Below, piece after piece: positions 9,509 to 16,483 of a stretch of 49,856 bases of DNA. Each line of letters starts with the position of its first letter. Within the stretch, counting starts at the first letter, position 1. The notes under the pieces were generated by a model. The model searched no databases. It was not told the DNA's origin and was given only the letters and a program-made list of their open reading frames with translations. A program made the translations under genes and the position numbers. The stretch is from a virus: IMG/VR virus record IMGVR_UViG_3300037313_000092, positions 1 through 49,856 of that record; one strand, written 5' to 3'.

Positions 9509-10068
9509 TAGTTGATTACTCCGGAAATGCGCTCGAAGTCTTCATCGATGGACTTCCGCTCATCTGCCATCTCCCGAGCAGCCTTGGAGATTTCAGTCTT
9601 CGAGGGACGTCCTCTCTTGGTCTGGGAAGGTTCCTGCCAGCCAGAGGATACAAGGAATTTATTTGCTTGGTGAAAGTCCTTAGAGTCTGGGTTAGATGCT
9701 GAGGCTTTGATATTCCTAAGCGCCAAGGCTCTGTGTTTGATTTCTAGCTCGCGTCTCCAACGGGCAACGTACGGCTTGAACCACGTACATTCGCATAGAG
9801 TCTCCCAGTGGTCCCACCCGTCGAGGTACTGGGTAGCGAAGAGGTATTCCGTAGGATCATCCGTCTCCATGTACAGCCGATACAGCGAAGGGAAACCTTC
9901 GTGGTCACGGTCCTTCAAGGAGTAGATGCACTTAGATTTGTCCGCCAGACTGGTTTCAAAGAAGAGTTGCTTGTACTTCCTTTGGTTGGTCAGCGGATGC
10001 CGAAACTGGTTAATTATAACTATCTCCCATAGCGGTGCCATCATCTTTGAGATTGGGGCGCTGGGCAT
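9508..10068 (-). CDS. Possible small terminase or DNA-binding protein
   Basis: 186 aa, located upstream of terL. It has a basic C-terminal KRGRPSKTEISKAAREM segment. The start is uncertain (ATGs at 10044 and 10041 also possible). The call comes from position and a vague sequence resemblance only. Confidence 0.3.
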   Translation of the reverse strand: MPSAPISKMMAPLWEIVIINQFRHPLTNQRKYKQLFFETSLADKSKCIYSLKDRDHEGFPSLYRLYMETDDPTEYLFATQYLDGWDHWETLCECTWFKPYVARWRRELEIKHRALALRNIKASASNPDSKDFHQANKFLVSSGWQEPSQTKRGRPSKTEISKAAREMADERKSIDEDFERISGVIN

Positions 10069-10240
10069 TGGGCTTACGAGGGCCTGAGGCAGGATCGTCC
10101 GGGATAAGGCCGAGGAAACGCTGTTGGCGATTAATACCCGTACGCTGGTTGACAGAAGGCGTAGAGGCGTCCGGGTCCCAGCCTGCGTCTTCCACAGAGC
10201 CGAACATATCAGGGTCTGACTTGTATTTGGATTTAGTCAT
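10010..10240 (-). CDS. Hypothetical protein
   Basis: The ATG at 10240 sits inside the ATGACTAA junction with the upstream stop. 76 aa, and it looks disordered. Confidence 0.4.
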   Translation of the reverse strand: MTKSKYKSDPDMFGSVEDAGWDPDASTPSVNQRTGINRQQRFLGLIPDDPASGPRKPNAQRPNLKDDGTAMGDSYN

Positions 10241-10448
10241 CGTAATTCCAACCTTTCGGGCCAATAAGATTGGGGCGGTGAGTAGTCGTGTGGTCTAAGA
10301 CATTCCGACCTTGTCGATCTTTCATAATAGGACCGTAAGAGTAGTTATTACCTGGATGCGAGGATTGATCATCAGCTCCATTTTGCATATAGATATTGAG
10401 ATCGGTTTTAGCGTTATCCGAGGTTTGTTTATAAACATCATCAGCCAT
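10233..10448 (-). CDS. Hypothetical protein
   Basis: 71-aa ORF whose start overlaps the endolysin stop by 8 nt. Confidence 0.4.
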   Translation of the reverse strand: MADDVYKQTSDNAKTDLNIYMQNGADDQSSHPGNNYSYGPIMKDRQGRNVLDHTTTHRPNLIGPKGWNYDD

Positions 10449-11112
10449 GTAGGTGTCTTTCCAACCAGTGCCAGAGTTCTTCGAAGAAGTTCTCCTGATT
10501 GCGGTCGGGCTCAGGAGTATTGATAATGGGAGGAGATTGGGGGACGGGGGCAGGCACAGGACTTGGTGTAATCGGGCCTAAGAGAGCCGGGTCTACCTTC
10601 AGGAGACTAAGGATAAGCCCTGCGGCACCAAGCTGCTTGTCTACGACATTTGGGTCGAAGCGACCATCAGAGACGTATTTGCCTTTTTGGTACTGATCCG
10701 TTCCAGACCAGATATATGGGGAAGGCAGGCCCCGCTTGTAGTACCCAAGACCGTTATAGGCTTCCAGAGCCGTTAGGGAGGCCGGGAAGGCCCATTGCGT
10801 ATTCTTGGCTAGGTAGGGAGGGCACCGCAGGAATGCGTCGTCAGCGGCCTCCTCAAAGGATTTAAACGGCCCTCTATTCTTAGGAACATGAGTAGAGGGT
10901 TTATCCCAGGGATCGCCCTGTGCCAGACTACAAGAGAAGTTAAAGTTACTTTCCCTCATGTGGATACAGGCTGTAAGGTACCAAGGTACGCCGGTACGGA
11001 CTTCAATCTGCTTATACCGATCCTTAGCCGCGAGGACTTTGGCTAACGGGATACGATAATCGGCTGTGAGCTTGGCATGTGCCCATCGGGCATTATTGAG
11101 ATTGACTAGCAT
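10441..11112 (-). CDS. Peptidoglycan hydrolase (SLT/lysozyme-like endolysin candidate)
   Basis: 223 aa. It has the catalytic-type CIHMRESNFNF and an AYNxG-like LEAYNGLGYY. A Pro-rich linker and an amphipathic C-terminus (FFEELWHWLERHLHG) follow. No signal peptide is seen. Confidence 0.6.
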   Translation of the reverse strand: MLVNLNNARWAHAKLTADYRIPLAKVLAAKDRYKQIEVRTGVPWYLTACIHMRESNFNFSCSLAQGDPWDKPSTHVPKNRGPFKSFEEAADDAFLRCPPYLAKNTQWAFPASLTALEAYNGLGYYKRGLPSPYIWSGTDQYQKGKYVSDGRFDPNVVDKQLGAAGLILSLLKVDPALLGPITPSPVPAPVPQSPPIINTPEPDRNQENFFEELWHWLERHLHG

Positions 11113-11302
11113 GGGGAGGGGGGTGAGCGGAACTGGGGGGAGGGGTATCCCCTCTACGGACTATCGTCCTATACAAAGAAAGGTTATGAGGCAATCTAGT
11201 AAGATTTAGCTTTTTAATATCTTCTCTATAGTTTAAAAAGGTAATAGCTATCTTTCTTTGTTCTTCTTTAGTTAGTTTCTTGAAGTCTACCATATTACTC
11301 AA
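11093..11302 (-). CDS. Doubtful small ORF in the AT-rich leader
   Basis: 69 aa. The 5' two-thirds lie in DNA of about 28% GC, and the 3' end runs through C-runs that encode PPPSSAHPPPH. It may simply be the 5' leader of the late transcript. Confidence 0.25.
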   Translation of the reverse strand: MSNMVDFKKLTKEEQRKIAITFLNYREDIKKLNLTRLPHNLSLYRTIVRRGDTPPPSSAHPPPHASQSQ

Positions 11303-11411
11303 TGAGTTCTTATTCTAGGTTCTTAACACCGTAGGCCGTCTTCTTAGACGGTAGAGAATGAATACTAACATTGAGGTACCTAGAGTGCGCAAATAGAAAT
11401 TCTATATGTGT

Positions 11412-11440
11412 ATTATAACATCTTTTAAAGGGCTTGTCAA
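11412..11440 (-). promoter_or_regulatory. Consensus sigma70-type promoter for the leftward (late) arm
   Basis: On the minus strand, TTGACA (11440..11435), a 17-nt spacer and TATAAT (11417..11412). It lies about 100 nt upstream of the first leftward ORF. Confidence 0.7.
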
Positions 11441-11849
11441 GTAAAATCGTACATGCGCGATGAAATATTTTATTATCGCAGTATGCAGATGCCGACTAAA
11501 GGTATCCAGATAGTGATTATCCAATCCTGGAATTTCTATAGGAAAATCCTGAGGTGCCTTCCGCGCTCTATGACCCCCTCGACCCCCTTCATGGGGTGCT
11601 CATGGGGGTGGTCTCTGAGGGGAGGGTGATAGGAATGGGCACGTTGTGCCGATCACCTGACGTCCATCATATAATCCTACCGAATATCAGCATTTCTGAA
11701 TATCTACAAATGCTTAGCATCTAAGAGACTTACTGACTCACATACACACTAAGACAATGCAAATGCATTCACGAAGTTGTGATTAGACTTATCCTCGCCG
11801 CTGTGTTTAGCCTCTTAGCGAGCAATGCCGCTCTTGGTAGGGAAATACC

Positions 11850-12152
11850 ATGACCAACAATCAGTACAAGAACGCCTTCCTTCGCTCCAAGGTCAACGAA
11901 TGCCTGCACCAAGCCGCGTTCTACATCAAGGGTGACTGGCAGCTTCCAGAACTAGCCAAAGCTACAGCTATTGAACACCTCAATCGCGGTCTTGCCTTCG
12001 CCCGGCAGCTACCGGACATCCCAAAGAACCGGGCCATTCGAGCGCATATCGTCACGGCTATTGAATTGCTGAAGTCCAAAGATCAGGACTGCAACGTCAC
12101 GTACCTTGACGCTGACGCTGGCATTCGTGCGTGGGTGGAAACATACCGATGA
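11850..12152 (+). CDS. Hypothetical early protein
   Basis: 100-aa ORF, the first gene of the rightward arm. Confidence 0.55.
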   Translation: MTNNQYKNAFLRSKVNECLHQAAFYIKGDWQLPELAKATAIEHLNRGLAFARQLPDIPKNRAIRAHIVTAIELLKSKDQDCNVTYLDADAGIRAWVETYR

Positions 12153-12244
12153 TAGAGATTATCCAAGCGGCTTCAGACGCATGGCCGCTGATCTTGACCG
12201 CATGCGTCTTATCAATTGAGGCTATCAGGAGGCTAGGTCTATGA
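12149..12244 (+). CDS. Small hydrophobic peptide (31 aa)
   Basis: Hand-found ORF MIEIIQAASDAWPLILTACVLSIEAIRRLGL. It has ATGA overlaps with both neighbouring genes. It is below the track length cut-off. Confidence 0.3.
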   Translation: MIEIIQAASDAWPLILTACVLSIEAIRRLGL

Positions 12245-12471
12245 AGTTGATTGTAACTGCCATACCGATTTATCGTGGCAAGGTCATAGACGGTTTGTCT
12301 GTATCTTCCACACTCGAAAGCCAAAGCATACTCAACGAAGATGTTGGCCGCGTTGTCCTTCAAGTCGTCGCCAACGGACGTAAAGCCGGTTGGCATTTCG
12401 CCGACCCTGAAATATGGATAAGAGTTGAGTTCAAGCAGAGCGAAGGGAGTTCCTATCATGATCGAACGTGA
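12241..12471 (+). CDS. Hypothetical early protein
   Basis: 76 aa, with AGGAGG 8 nt upstream of the ATG. Confidence 0.55.
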   Translation: MKLIVTAIPIYRGKVIDGLSVSSTLESQSILNEDVGRVVLQVVANGRKAGWHFADPEIWIRVEFKQSEGSSYHDRT

Positions 12472-12652
12472 CGGCACCAAGTACATTGTCCGCGTCTACG
12501 GCAAGAATATATCCGACCCCAAGAACATCCGGACGTTCAACTGCCACACGCTTGATGCAGCATGGCTAATCGTTGACAAACACAAGCGGGACAGTCTCGT
12601 ACACAAAATCGAGGTGTGTGCTATCCTTGAGACCTTCACTATCACTTTGTGA
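12458..12652 (+). CDS. Hypothetical early protein
   Basis: The internal ATG at 12458 is preceded by GAAGGGAG. 64 aa (MIERDGTKYIVRVYGK...). Confidence 0.5.
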   Translation: MIERDGTKYIVRVYGKNISDPKNIRTFNCHTLDAAWLIVDKHKRDSLVHKIEVCAILETFTITL

Positions 12653-12678
12653 GAAATACACAAATCCACGCATAGAAA

Positions 12679-12709
12679 AACCCCTAGGCAAGACCTAGGG
12701 GTTCTTTTT
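12679..12709. terminator. Bidirectional rho-independent terminator
   Basis: Perfect 10-bp stem AACCCCTAGG/CCTAGGGGTT with a 5-nt loop. It has a T-run downstream and an A-run upstream, and it lies between convergent genes. Confidence 0.7.
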
Positions 12710-12722
12710 GTTTATCAGAAAG

Positions 12723-12908
12723 CTATTGTTCTCCCGGTTCCTGCTCGGCCTGTATCAATCGTCCGATCAACTCCAGTATATTAAACTTGATAGTTAATTG
12801 ACGAGCAGACTTCGGCTCGTATCGCTGGATGATATCGCGGCACTGGCGTAGCTTCTCCAATCGCTTAGCCGGACTGTGGTACGATCTACGTGTGACTAGC
12901 CTAGCCAT
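12723..12908 (-). CDS. Small basic protein (possible regulator)
   Basis: ATG at 12908 with AGGAG 5 nt upstream. 61 aa. It is transcribed divergently from the early promoter. Confidence 0.45.
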   Translation of the reverse strand: MARLVTRRSYHSPAKRLEKLRQCRDIIQRYEPKSARQLTIKFNILELIGRLIQAEQEPGEQ

Positions 12909-12919
12909 GGTCGCTCCTA

Positions 12920-13129
12920 TCACGCGCCGTTGTTCGGGGGTCCGTTGTTTGTTTCCTTGATGCGTTCTTTGTAGTCTTTCAAGGTTATGAATATTCTGTT
13001 TATCAGCATATCCACAAACGCCTTGTCCGAATTGCGTTCGGGCTTGATTAGCCTAGCCTCGGATATGGCAGCCTCTAGCAGCCTGATTACGCGATCTTGC
13101 CGTTCTGTATCTTTCACCGTCGCCTCCAT
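12920..13129 (-). CDS. Small helical protein (possible regulator)
   Basis: 69-aa ORF, the first gene of a short leftward unit opposite the early promoter. Confidence 0.45.
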   Translation of the reverse strand: MEATVKDTERQDRVIRLLEAAISEARLIKPERNSDKAFVDMLINRIFITLKDYKERIKETNNGPPNNGA

Positions 13130-13186
13130 CGGTTACAGCCCATCGTATCTTACCATTATCTCGCACTGCAAACTAATCACTCTGCA

Positions 13187-13202
13187 ATCACGAAAATGTG
13201 AT
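13187..13202. promoter_or_regulatory. Inverted repeat ATCAC-N6-GTGAT, candidate operator
   Basis: Palindrome 22 nt upstream of the -35 box of the 13224 promoter. Duplicated CTGCAA and AATCAC words flank it. Confidence 0.25.
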
Positions 13203-13223
13203 CACAAGTAACGCGATTGTTAC

Positions 13224-13252
13224 TTGACAAACTCAGCTTTCTGTAGTATACT
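13224..13252 (+). promoter_or_regulatory. Strong sigma70-type promoter (rightward)
   Basis: TTGACA (13224-13229), a 17-nt spacer and TATACT (13247-13252). Confidence 0.65.
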
Positions 13253-13408
13253 ACCCTAAGCAATGAACGTAGTATTATTCTTTTGATGCAAGCTCCGAAC
13301 GCGGGTTCAATGAGACTTTATATATGCGCGTATACGAGCACAATCGCATGGGATAATGGCCGTAGTTTGACGGACACGAAACCGTGATTGGCTCGCCCAG
13401 ATTTTGCC

Positions 13409-13436
13409 TTGACTATGGCTGCGGTTGGCGTATAAG
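13409..13436 (+). promoter_or_regulatory. Second tandem sigma70-type promoter
   Basis: TTGACT (13409-13414), a 16-nt spacer and TATAAG (13431-13436). Confidence 0.45.
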
Positions 13437-13582
13437 TGCCGGTGTTGTCGTGCCATCTCGCTACGGGGAAACCTGTTTCGGGAACGGAGGCCCGTGGATG
13501 ATTTCGGGTTTTCCTCACTAAGTGGCAGGCAGAGTATTTCGACCGGGCAATTCCGCCCATGACTAGACTAAGGAGCAAGACA

Positions 13583-14485
13583 ATGGCTACTTCCAAGGCT
13601 TCCACTCCGACGAAAGCAGGCGAAGTTCCTGCGAACATCCACCCGCATGTTTCCTATCACGACATGACCAACGCCGCAGTCGCCCGCATTGACGCCATGC
13701 TCAAAGGCGGTGTCGAGGCCGTGACGTTCATTGCATCGGCGCTGCTCGTCGGCTATCTCGCCCAAAAGACCGGGACCGGGCCAAGCACGAAGATGGATGT
13801 CATCCGCGACGAATTCAAACTTCTGCTCAAAAAGAAGGGTCTCGGAGGGACGCAATCGAACAAGTATATCGACTACGCCATGACGTCGGCGCGCAAGATG
13901 TACACGGAATGCCAGTACGGCATGGAAATGGCTGCACTCATCGCCGCGACCACTCCGGACAAGGCGCACAACGCGGTCAAGGCATGGGTGTCACGTCACT
14001 GCACGGGCAAGAAAACCGAACATGGCTTCAAGCTGTCCGATGCATTGAACAAGCTCAACGTCTATGCTGTTTTCATCGGCGCGGAGGCCGATCCTCAGAG
14101 GCCTGAAACCCTCGCCGATCCGACCAACGGCGCCGACCCCAAGGCCGCGAAGGTGAACAAGGCGCGCAAGGCGCTGGCGGCGAAGGTCGACAAAGACCCT
14201 GAAGTCCTCCGGCAGGTCTCGGCCGAAAAACTGGCGGACACCGTCTCGAAGGTGATCACGTTCGACAAGCTGATCATTCGCCACGTCCAAACCATCTCCA
14301 ACGAAAAGACGCTACGTGACGAGATGGAAGCGGTCATGGCTGCCTACAATGCGCGGCTCGCCGATCTCCGCAAGTCCATCGGCTCCGACAAGGCCAAGAA
14401 GCCTGAACCAAAGCTCGCGAACAAGCGCACGAAGACCAAGCCCGACGCCAAGGCCAAGCCGGAGCAAGAAGCCATCGCGGCGTAG
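13583..14485 (+). CDS. Early protein with Lys/Ala/Pro-rich histone-H1-like C-terminal tail (possible DNA-binding protein)
   Basis: ATG at 13583 with AAGGAG 7 nt upstream. 300 aa, GC-rich. The tail reads KAKKPEPKLANKRTKTKPDAKAKPEQEA. Confidence 0.6.
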   Translation: MATSKASTPTKAGEVPANIHPHVSYHDMTNAAVARIDAMLKGGVEAVTFIASALLVGYLAQKTGTGPSTKMDVIRDEFKLLLKKKGLGGTQSNKYIDYAMTSARKMYTECQYGMEMAALIAATTPDKAHNAVKAWVSRHCTGKKTEHGFKLSDALNKLNVYAVFIGAEADPQRPETLADPTNGADPKAAKVNKARKALAAKVDKDPEVLRQVSAEKLADTVSKVITFDKLIIRHVQTISNEKTLRDEMEAVMAAYNARLADLRKSIGSDKAKKPEPKLANKRTKTKPDAKAKPEQEAIAA

Positions 14486-14514
14486 TCCTCAAGCTACAGC
14501 CCCGAACGCCGCGC

Positions 14515-14546
14515 ACCCTAGGGGTTCATTCCCCTAGGGTTTTTTC
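14515..14546 (+). terminator. Rho-independent terminator
   Basis: Perfect 10-bp stem ACCCTAGGGG/CCCCTAGGGT with loop TTCATT, followed by T6. Confidence 0.7.
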
Positions 14547-14569
14547 ATGCCTAAAATCCGGAGATAGAA

Positions 14570-14755
14570 ATGTGCTTGATGTGTCGAGACTTGAACCCCG
14601 CGTCATGTCCCGCCTGTTCTGATAAGCGGGAGAATGTGCAGGGGGAACGTGGCAATATTGCGGTCCAATCGGATCGTGAATTTAAACTCATCGGGCGAAG
14701 TCATATCGGAAGAATGGCAAGACCCGTTGGATACGATACGCAAAGAGAATGCTGA
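14570..14755 (+). CDS. Small Zn-ribbon protein
   Basis: GGAGA 6 nt upstream of the ATG. The N-terminus MCLMCRDLNPASCPAC has CxxC...CxxC. Its 3' half overlaps the next ORF in another frame. Confidence 0.45.
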   Translation: MCLMCRDLNPASCPACSDKRENVQGERGNIAVQSDREFKLIGRSHIGRMARPVGYDTQREC

Positions 14756-14939
14756 CGCTTGCTATGCCCAATTGGAGCAATGGCAAGAGCAAGCCAAGCG
14801 TTCCTATCATGCGTCAATCACAACAATACGTGCGCCAAGCACGCCGCAAGTAACTCCGAAGGAAACGCCATTCGGATTTGATTATAGTTCGCGTCCGAGT
14901 TATGGCGCCCGTAGACATAAAATATTTTCTCGGTATTAG
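14634..14939 (+). CDS. Hypothetical protein, true start unresolved
   Basis: The 101-aa frame has protein-like sequence from about EVISEEWQDPLDTIRKENADACYAQLEQWQEQ onward. There is no good RBS at 14634, and it overlaps the previous ORF by 122 nt. Confidence 0.4.
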   Translation: MCRGNVAILRSNRIVNLNSSGEVISEEWQDPLDTIRKENADACYAQLEQWQEQAKRSYHASITTIRAPSTPQVTPKETPFGFDYSSRPSYGARRHKIFSRY

Positions 14940-14966
14940 TTCGGTCGCTTAGGCGATCCTCAAAGG

Positions 14967-15008
14967 CCCATGGTGTCCCTCTGCTCCGGGGATGCCGTGG
15001 GTCTTTTT
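14967..15008 (+). terminator. Rho-independent terminator
   Basis: 13-bp stem (CCCATGGTGTCCC/GGGATGCCGTGGG, with 3 G-U pairs) and a 9-nt loop, followed by TCTTTTT. Confidence 0.5.
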
Positions 15009-15020
15009 GCGTTTGTACAC

Positions 15021-15095
15021 AGCGGGTTAGCTTAATTGGCGAAAGCGACTGCCTTTGAAGCAGTCTAGATATCGGTTCAAGTCCGGTACCCGCTG
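15021..15095 (+). tRNA. tRNA-Gln (anticodon UUG)
   Basis: Hand-folded cloverleaf. The acceptor stem is AGCGGGT/ACCCGCT and the D stem is GCTT/AAGC with GG in the loop. The anticodon stem is ACTGC/GCAGT with loop CTTTGAA. The T arm is ATCGG-TTCAAGT-CCGGT, the discriminator is G, and CCA is encoded at 15096-15098. Confidence 0.85.
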
Positions 15096-15121
15096 CCAAA
15101 TTCCACTTAATGGAGAATACA

Positions 15122-15322
15122 ATGATTGCGAAGCATCCGGGGGAATGCAAACCCCATTTGTATCAAGACACTCGGTACGGCGAAGGTTTCCGCGTGATGA
15201 ACCCGGTCATGGTCAAGGGCAAGATCGAAGGCTGGCGTTGCACGGTGTGTTGTCCGCCGAAACTCAAGATGGTCAAGCGCGGCGGCGTCTACCAGACCAG
15301 TGAACTCAGGAGGTTGGCGTGA
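15122..15322 (+). CDS. Small Cys-containing protein (possible zinc-binding)
   Basis: ATG at 15122 with GGAGA upstream. 66 aa, with C..H...CTVCC. Confidence 0.45.
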   Translation: MIAKHPGECKPHLYQDTRYGEGFRVMNPVMVKGKIEGWRCTVCCPPKLKMVKRGGVYQTSELRRLA

Positions 15323-15786
15323 TCAAGAGGTATTGGCCGTATATCTTGATGGGTGCCATCGGCGGGCTGTTGGTTTTCATTGGTACTCTTTGCCCATGCG
15401 CTGCGATGGATCACGGCTGGCCCAAGGACGACAAGAAAACTCAATGGATGGAAGCGCAGAAAATTCCTCCTGAGTATGCCGTGTCATGCTGCGGCAAAGG
15501 CGAAGCGTACTTCGTGGATCGATACGAAGTCCTGCCCAATGGCGATCACCGTGTATGGGTTGACCACGGCGAGAGTGTAACCTTTCCCGATGGCACGGTG
15601 CGGCCGTATCTTTCACCTGAGCCATTCATCGTCCCGGCAGACAGCGTGAACAAACCCGAGGATGATCTGGACAATCCATTCGATCATTCGATTGTGTTTC
15701 TTCAGGTCACTGATGGCCGGCCTTCGGTGGCAGCCGATGGTTCGCTTACCATATACTGTTTCATTCGTCATCCAAATCTGAATTAA
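15319..15786 (+). CDS. N-terminally membrane-anchored (periplasm-facing) protein
   Basis: GTG start with AGGAGG 5 nt upstream. The hydrophobic N-terminus is YWPYILMGAIGGLLVFIGTLCPCA, followed by a soluble domain. Confidence 0.55.
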   Translation: MIKRYWPYILMGAIGGLLVFIGTLCPCAAMDHGWPKDDKKTQWMEAQKIPPEYAVSCCGKGEAYFVDRYEVLPNGDHRVWVDHGESVTFPDGTVRPYLSPEPFIVPADSVNKPEDDLDNPFDHSIVFLQVTDGRPSVAADGSLTIYCFIRHPNLN

Positions 15787-16001
15787 CTCGGGGAAGTCTG
15801 CTAGGATGTAAGCAGGCGTGTGCCAATGCCTCGGGCTATGCTGATCTCGTTGGGATAGCAGTGTTTTAAGCGCACTGGTTTGATGTGTGGATGCCAGCCC
15901 ATGCACCAATCGGACAGATCAGCGACGTTCGTCGATAGTGGAAGCACGGAATGGCTCCTATCACGGCGTCAATCAACATAGCTGGTTCAACGGAGCGAGT
16001 T

Positions 16002-16121
16002 ATGTTTGATTTAGAGATGACGCTACTAGTTTGTGGCGTGTTCGGTGTAATCAACCCTCGACTAGGGCATTTCGCCTTAGCTTTCGGAATGGGTTTAACG
16101 CTCTTGAAGGGGCATCCATGA
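16002..16121 (+). CDS. Upstream mini-ORF (39 aa, hydrophobic), translationally coupled to the next gene
   Basis: GGAG 6 nt upstream of the ATG. The peptide is MFDLEMTLLVCGVFGVINPRLGHFALAFGMGLTLLKGHP. Its TGA overlaps the next ATG (ATGA). Confidence 0.3.
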   Translation: MFDLEMTLLVCGVFGVINPRLGHFALAFGMGLTLLKGHP

Positions 16122-16459
16122 CTAAACATACGACTATATCTCGCACCCATCAGAACACTGCGGCGTGGCATTACGGCATCGCTGCCGGATGGTATGAGCG
16201 ATACCTGAAGTACCTCGATGACGACGGGCTGATGCACCCGAATGATCTGCGCAAGGCTCGATGGGCTTTGAGCAACTTTCGGCTGCACTCGCAGATCGGC
16301 GACCATTTGATGGACAAAGGCAAGCCCGTGACGCGGCGCGTCCGTCCGTACAAGCCGGAAACGAAGTTGTTTGCGGATGACTTCGAACTCGCTCTGATCC
16401 AACGTGGTCAAACGGCGCGTCAAGCCTTCATCGATGGCGGCGGCGTAATCCTGAGTTAA
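16118..16459 (+). CDS. Hypothetical protein
   Basis: ATG at 16118 preceded by GAAGGGG. 113 aa (MTKHTTISRTHQNTAAWHYG...). Confidence 0.5.
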   Translation: MTKHTTISRTHQNTAAWHYGIAAGWYERYLKYLDDDGLMHPNDLRKARWALSNFRLHSQIGDHLMDKGKPVTRRVRPYKPETKLFADDFELALIQRGQTARQAFIDGGGVILS

Positions 16460-16483
16460 TTCAAGACCTTAAGGAGCGAACTT

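Noticed and set aside
12097-12486. 129-aa minus-strand ORF
   Set aside because: The same region is covered on the + strand by a chain of RBS-preceded, ATGA-coupled ORFs (12149, 12241, 12458). These fit the direction of the early arm and its terminator.
13318-13969. Minus-strand ORFs 13318-13638 and 13568-13969
   Set aside because: They are GC-rich-region artefacts antisense to the promoter leader and to the 300-aa gene, which has a strong RBS.
15021-15098. Possibility that the tRNA is a suppressor signalling stop-codon recoding
   Set aside because: The anticodon is UUG, an ordinary Gln codon reader for CAA. Very long ORFs (up to 1862 aa) are intact under the standard code.
15613-16423. Minus-strand ORFs 15613-15909 and 15866-16423 (98 and 185 aa)
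   Set aside because: They are Arg/Ser/Pro-rich, lack an RBS and run against the flow of the arm. The + strand carries coupled ORFs with Shine-Dalgarno sites. The stretch 15787-16001 remains unexplained non-coding sequence.
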